From NCBI GenBank assembly GCA_963827475.1, contig CAWHAZ010000002.1, positions 32,001 through 96,000 of the forward strand: a stretch of DNA of 64,000 bases, written 5' to 3'. The position numbers were made by a program, and so were the translations under genes. The first letter of the stretch is position 1. Every line of letters starts with the position of its first letter. Below, in pieces: positions 63,465 through 64,000 of the stretch. Under the pieces are notes generated by a model. It was not told where the DNA came from and ran no database searches. It was given only the letters and a program-made list of their open reading frames with translations. Origin of the DNA: an uncultured Chloroflexia bacterium. GTDB taxonomy: Bacteria; Chloroflexota; Limnocylindria; QHBO01.

Positions 63465-64000
63465 CTACTCGGGGGACCCCAGGACGAGGGCGGCGTTCAG
63501 GCCGCCGAACCCGAACGAGGTCGAGAGCACCCGGCGATAGGTCCCGGCCCGGCCACCGTGGTCGCGGATGAGCCCCGGCAGCAGCTGACCGATCTCCTCG
63601 TCCGGCTCGACGAGGTTGACCGAGGGCGGCGCCCAGCCGTCGCGGATGGTCAGGGCCGACAGCGCGGCCTCGATCGCGCCCGTCGCGCCGAGCGGATGAC
63701 CGGTCATGGCCTTGGTGCCCGACACCGGGACGTCCGCCGCGTGGCCGTCGAGCCCCAGCTCCAGCGCGCGGGCTTCGGCCACGTCGCCAAGCGGCGTGGA
63801 GCTGGCATGGGCGTTCACGTAATCGATCGAGGCTGCGTCCACACCTGCGTCGGCGAGTGCGATGCGAACCGACCTGCCCGCCTCCGAGCCATCGGGGCGC
63901 GGCTGGACCATGTGGTGCGCGTCGGAGGTCGCACCGTAGCCGAGCAGCTCGGCGTAAGGCGTGGCGCCCCGTCGGCGGGCGGACTCGGCTTCCTCGAGCA
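63465..64000 (-). CDS. fabF: Beta-ketoacyl-ACP synthase II, C-terminal part (runs off the window)
   Basis: GYGATSDAHHM, DYVNAHASST..GD..E, K..TGH.LGA.G..E, SFGFGG.NA. Confidence 0.9.
   Translation of the reverse strand, partial: LEEAESARRRGATPYAELLGYGATSDAHHMVQPRPDGSEAGRSVRIALADAGVDAASIDYVNAHASSTPLGDVAEARALELGLDGHAADVPVSGTKAMTGHPLGATGAIEAALSALTIRDGWAPPSVNLVEPDEEIGQLLPGLIRDHGGRAGTYRRVLSTSFGFGGLNAALVLGSPE

Overview
High-GC bacterial chromosome segment; gene content and style suggest Chloroflexota, possibly Ca. Limnocylindria (inference, not a database result). It looks like a long-read assembly with indel errors: many real genes are split across frames, most densely at 1-7100 and 36800-42400. 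Contents in order: (i) a tandem array of ECF sigma factor / single-pass anti-sigma-like pairs with interchangeable extracellular domains (PsbP-like repeats or an Asp-box propeller), a shared promoter motif, a shared leader hairpin and an orphan sensor-domain gene; (ii) folE, pterin dehydratase, B12-binding subunit, meaB, hbd and an acyl-CoA ligase; (iii) two divergent GT-C-like membrane proteins, an osmoprotectant ABC transporter and DUF1684/TPM genes; (iv) an RHH + AT-hook + winged-HTH protein, dodecin and a phosphotriesterase; (v) an apparently catalytically dead glutamate dehydrogenase homolog followed by a membrane adenylate cyclase and an isobutyryl-CoA-mutase-type large subunit; (vi) an S41 peptidase, 5'-3' exonuclease, SpoIID-like protein, ornithine cyclodeaminase family protein, a 36-aa small protein and an MshC-like ligase; (vii) a peptide ABC transporter, S9 peptidase, acyl-CoA dehydrogenase, FTR1, dienelactone hydrolase, TPR-rhomboid, BldC-like HTH, ferredoxin, polyamine ABC transporter and EamA; (viii) a candidate 6S RNA, a fused E1 alpha/beta gene with a FabD-like partner, tRNA-Arg(TCT), DnaA-box-like clusters, an AlkZ-like gene, a cupin-cyclase, tRNA-Glu(CTC), an SRPBCC gene and the 3' end of fabF. 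No CRISPR array, transposase or integrase was seen. All family calls come from motif recognition by eye.
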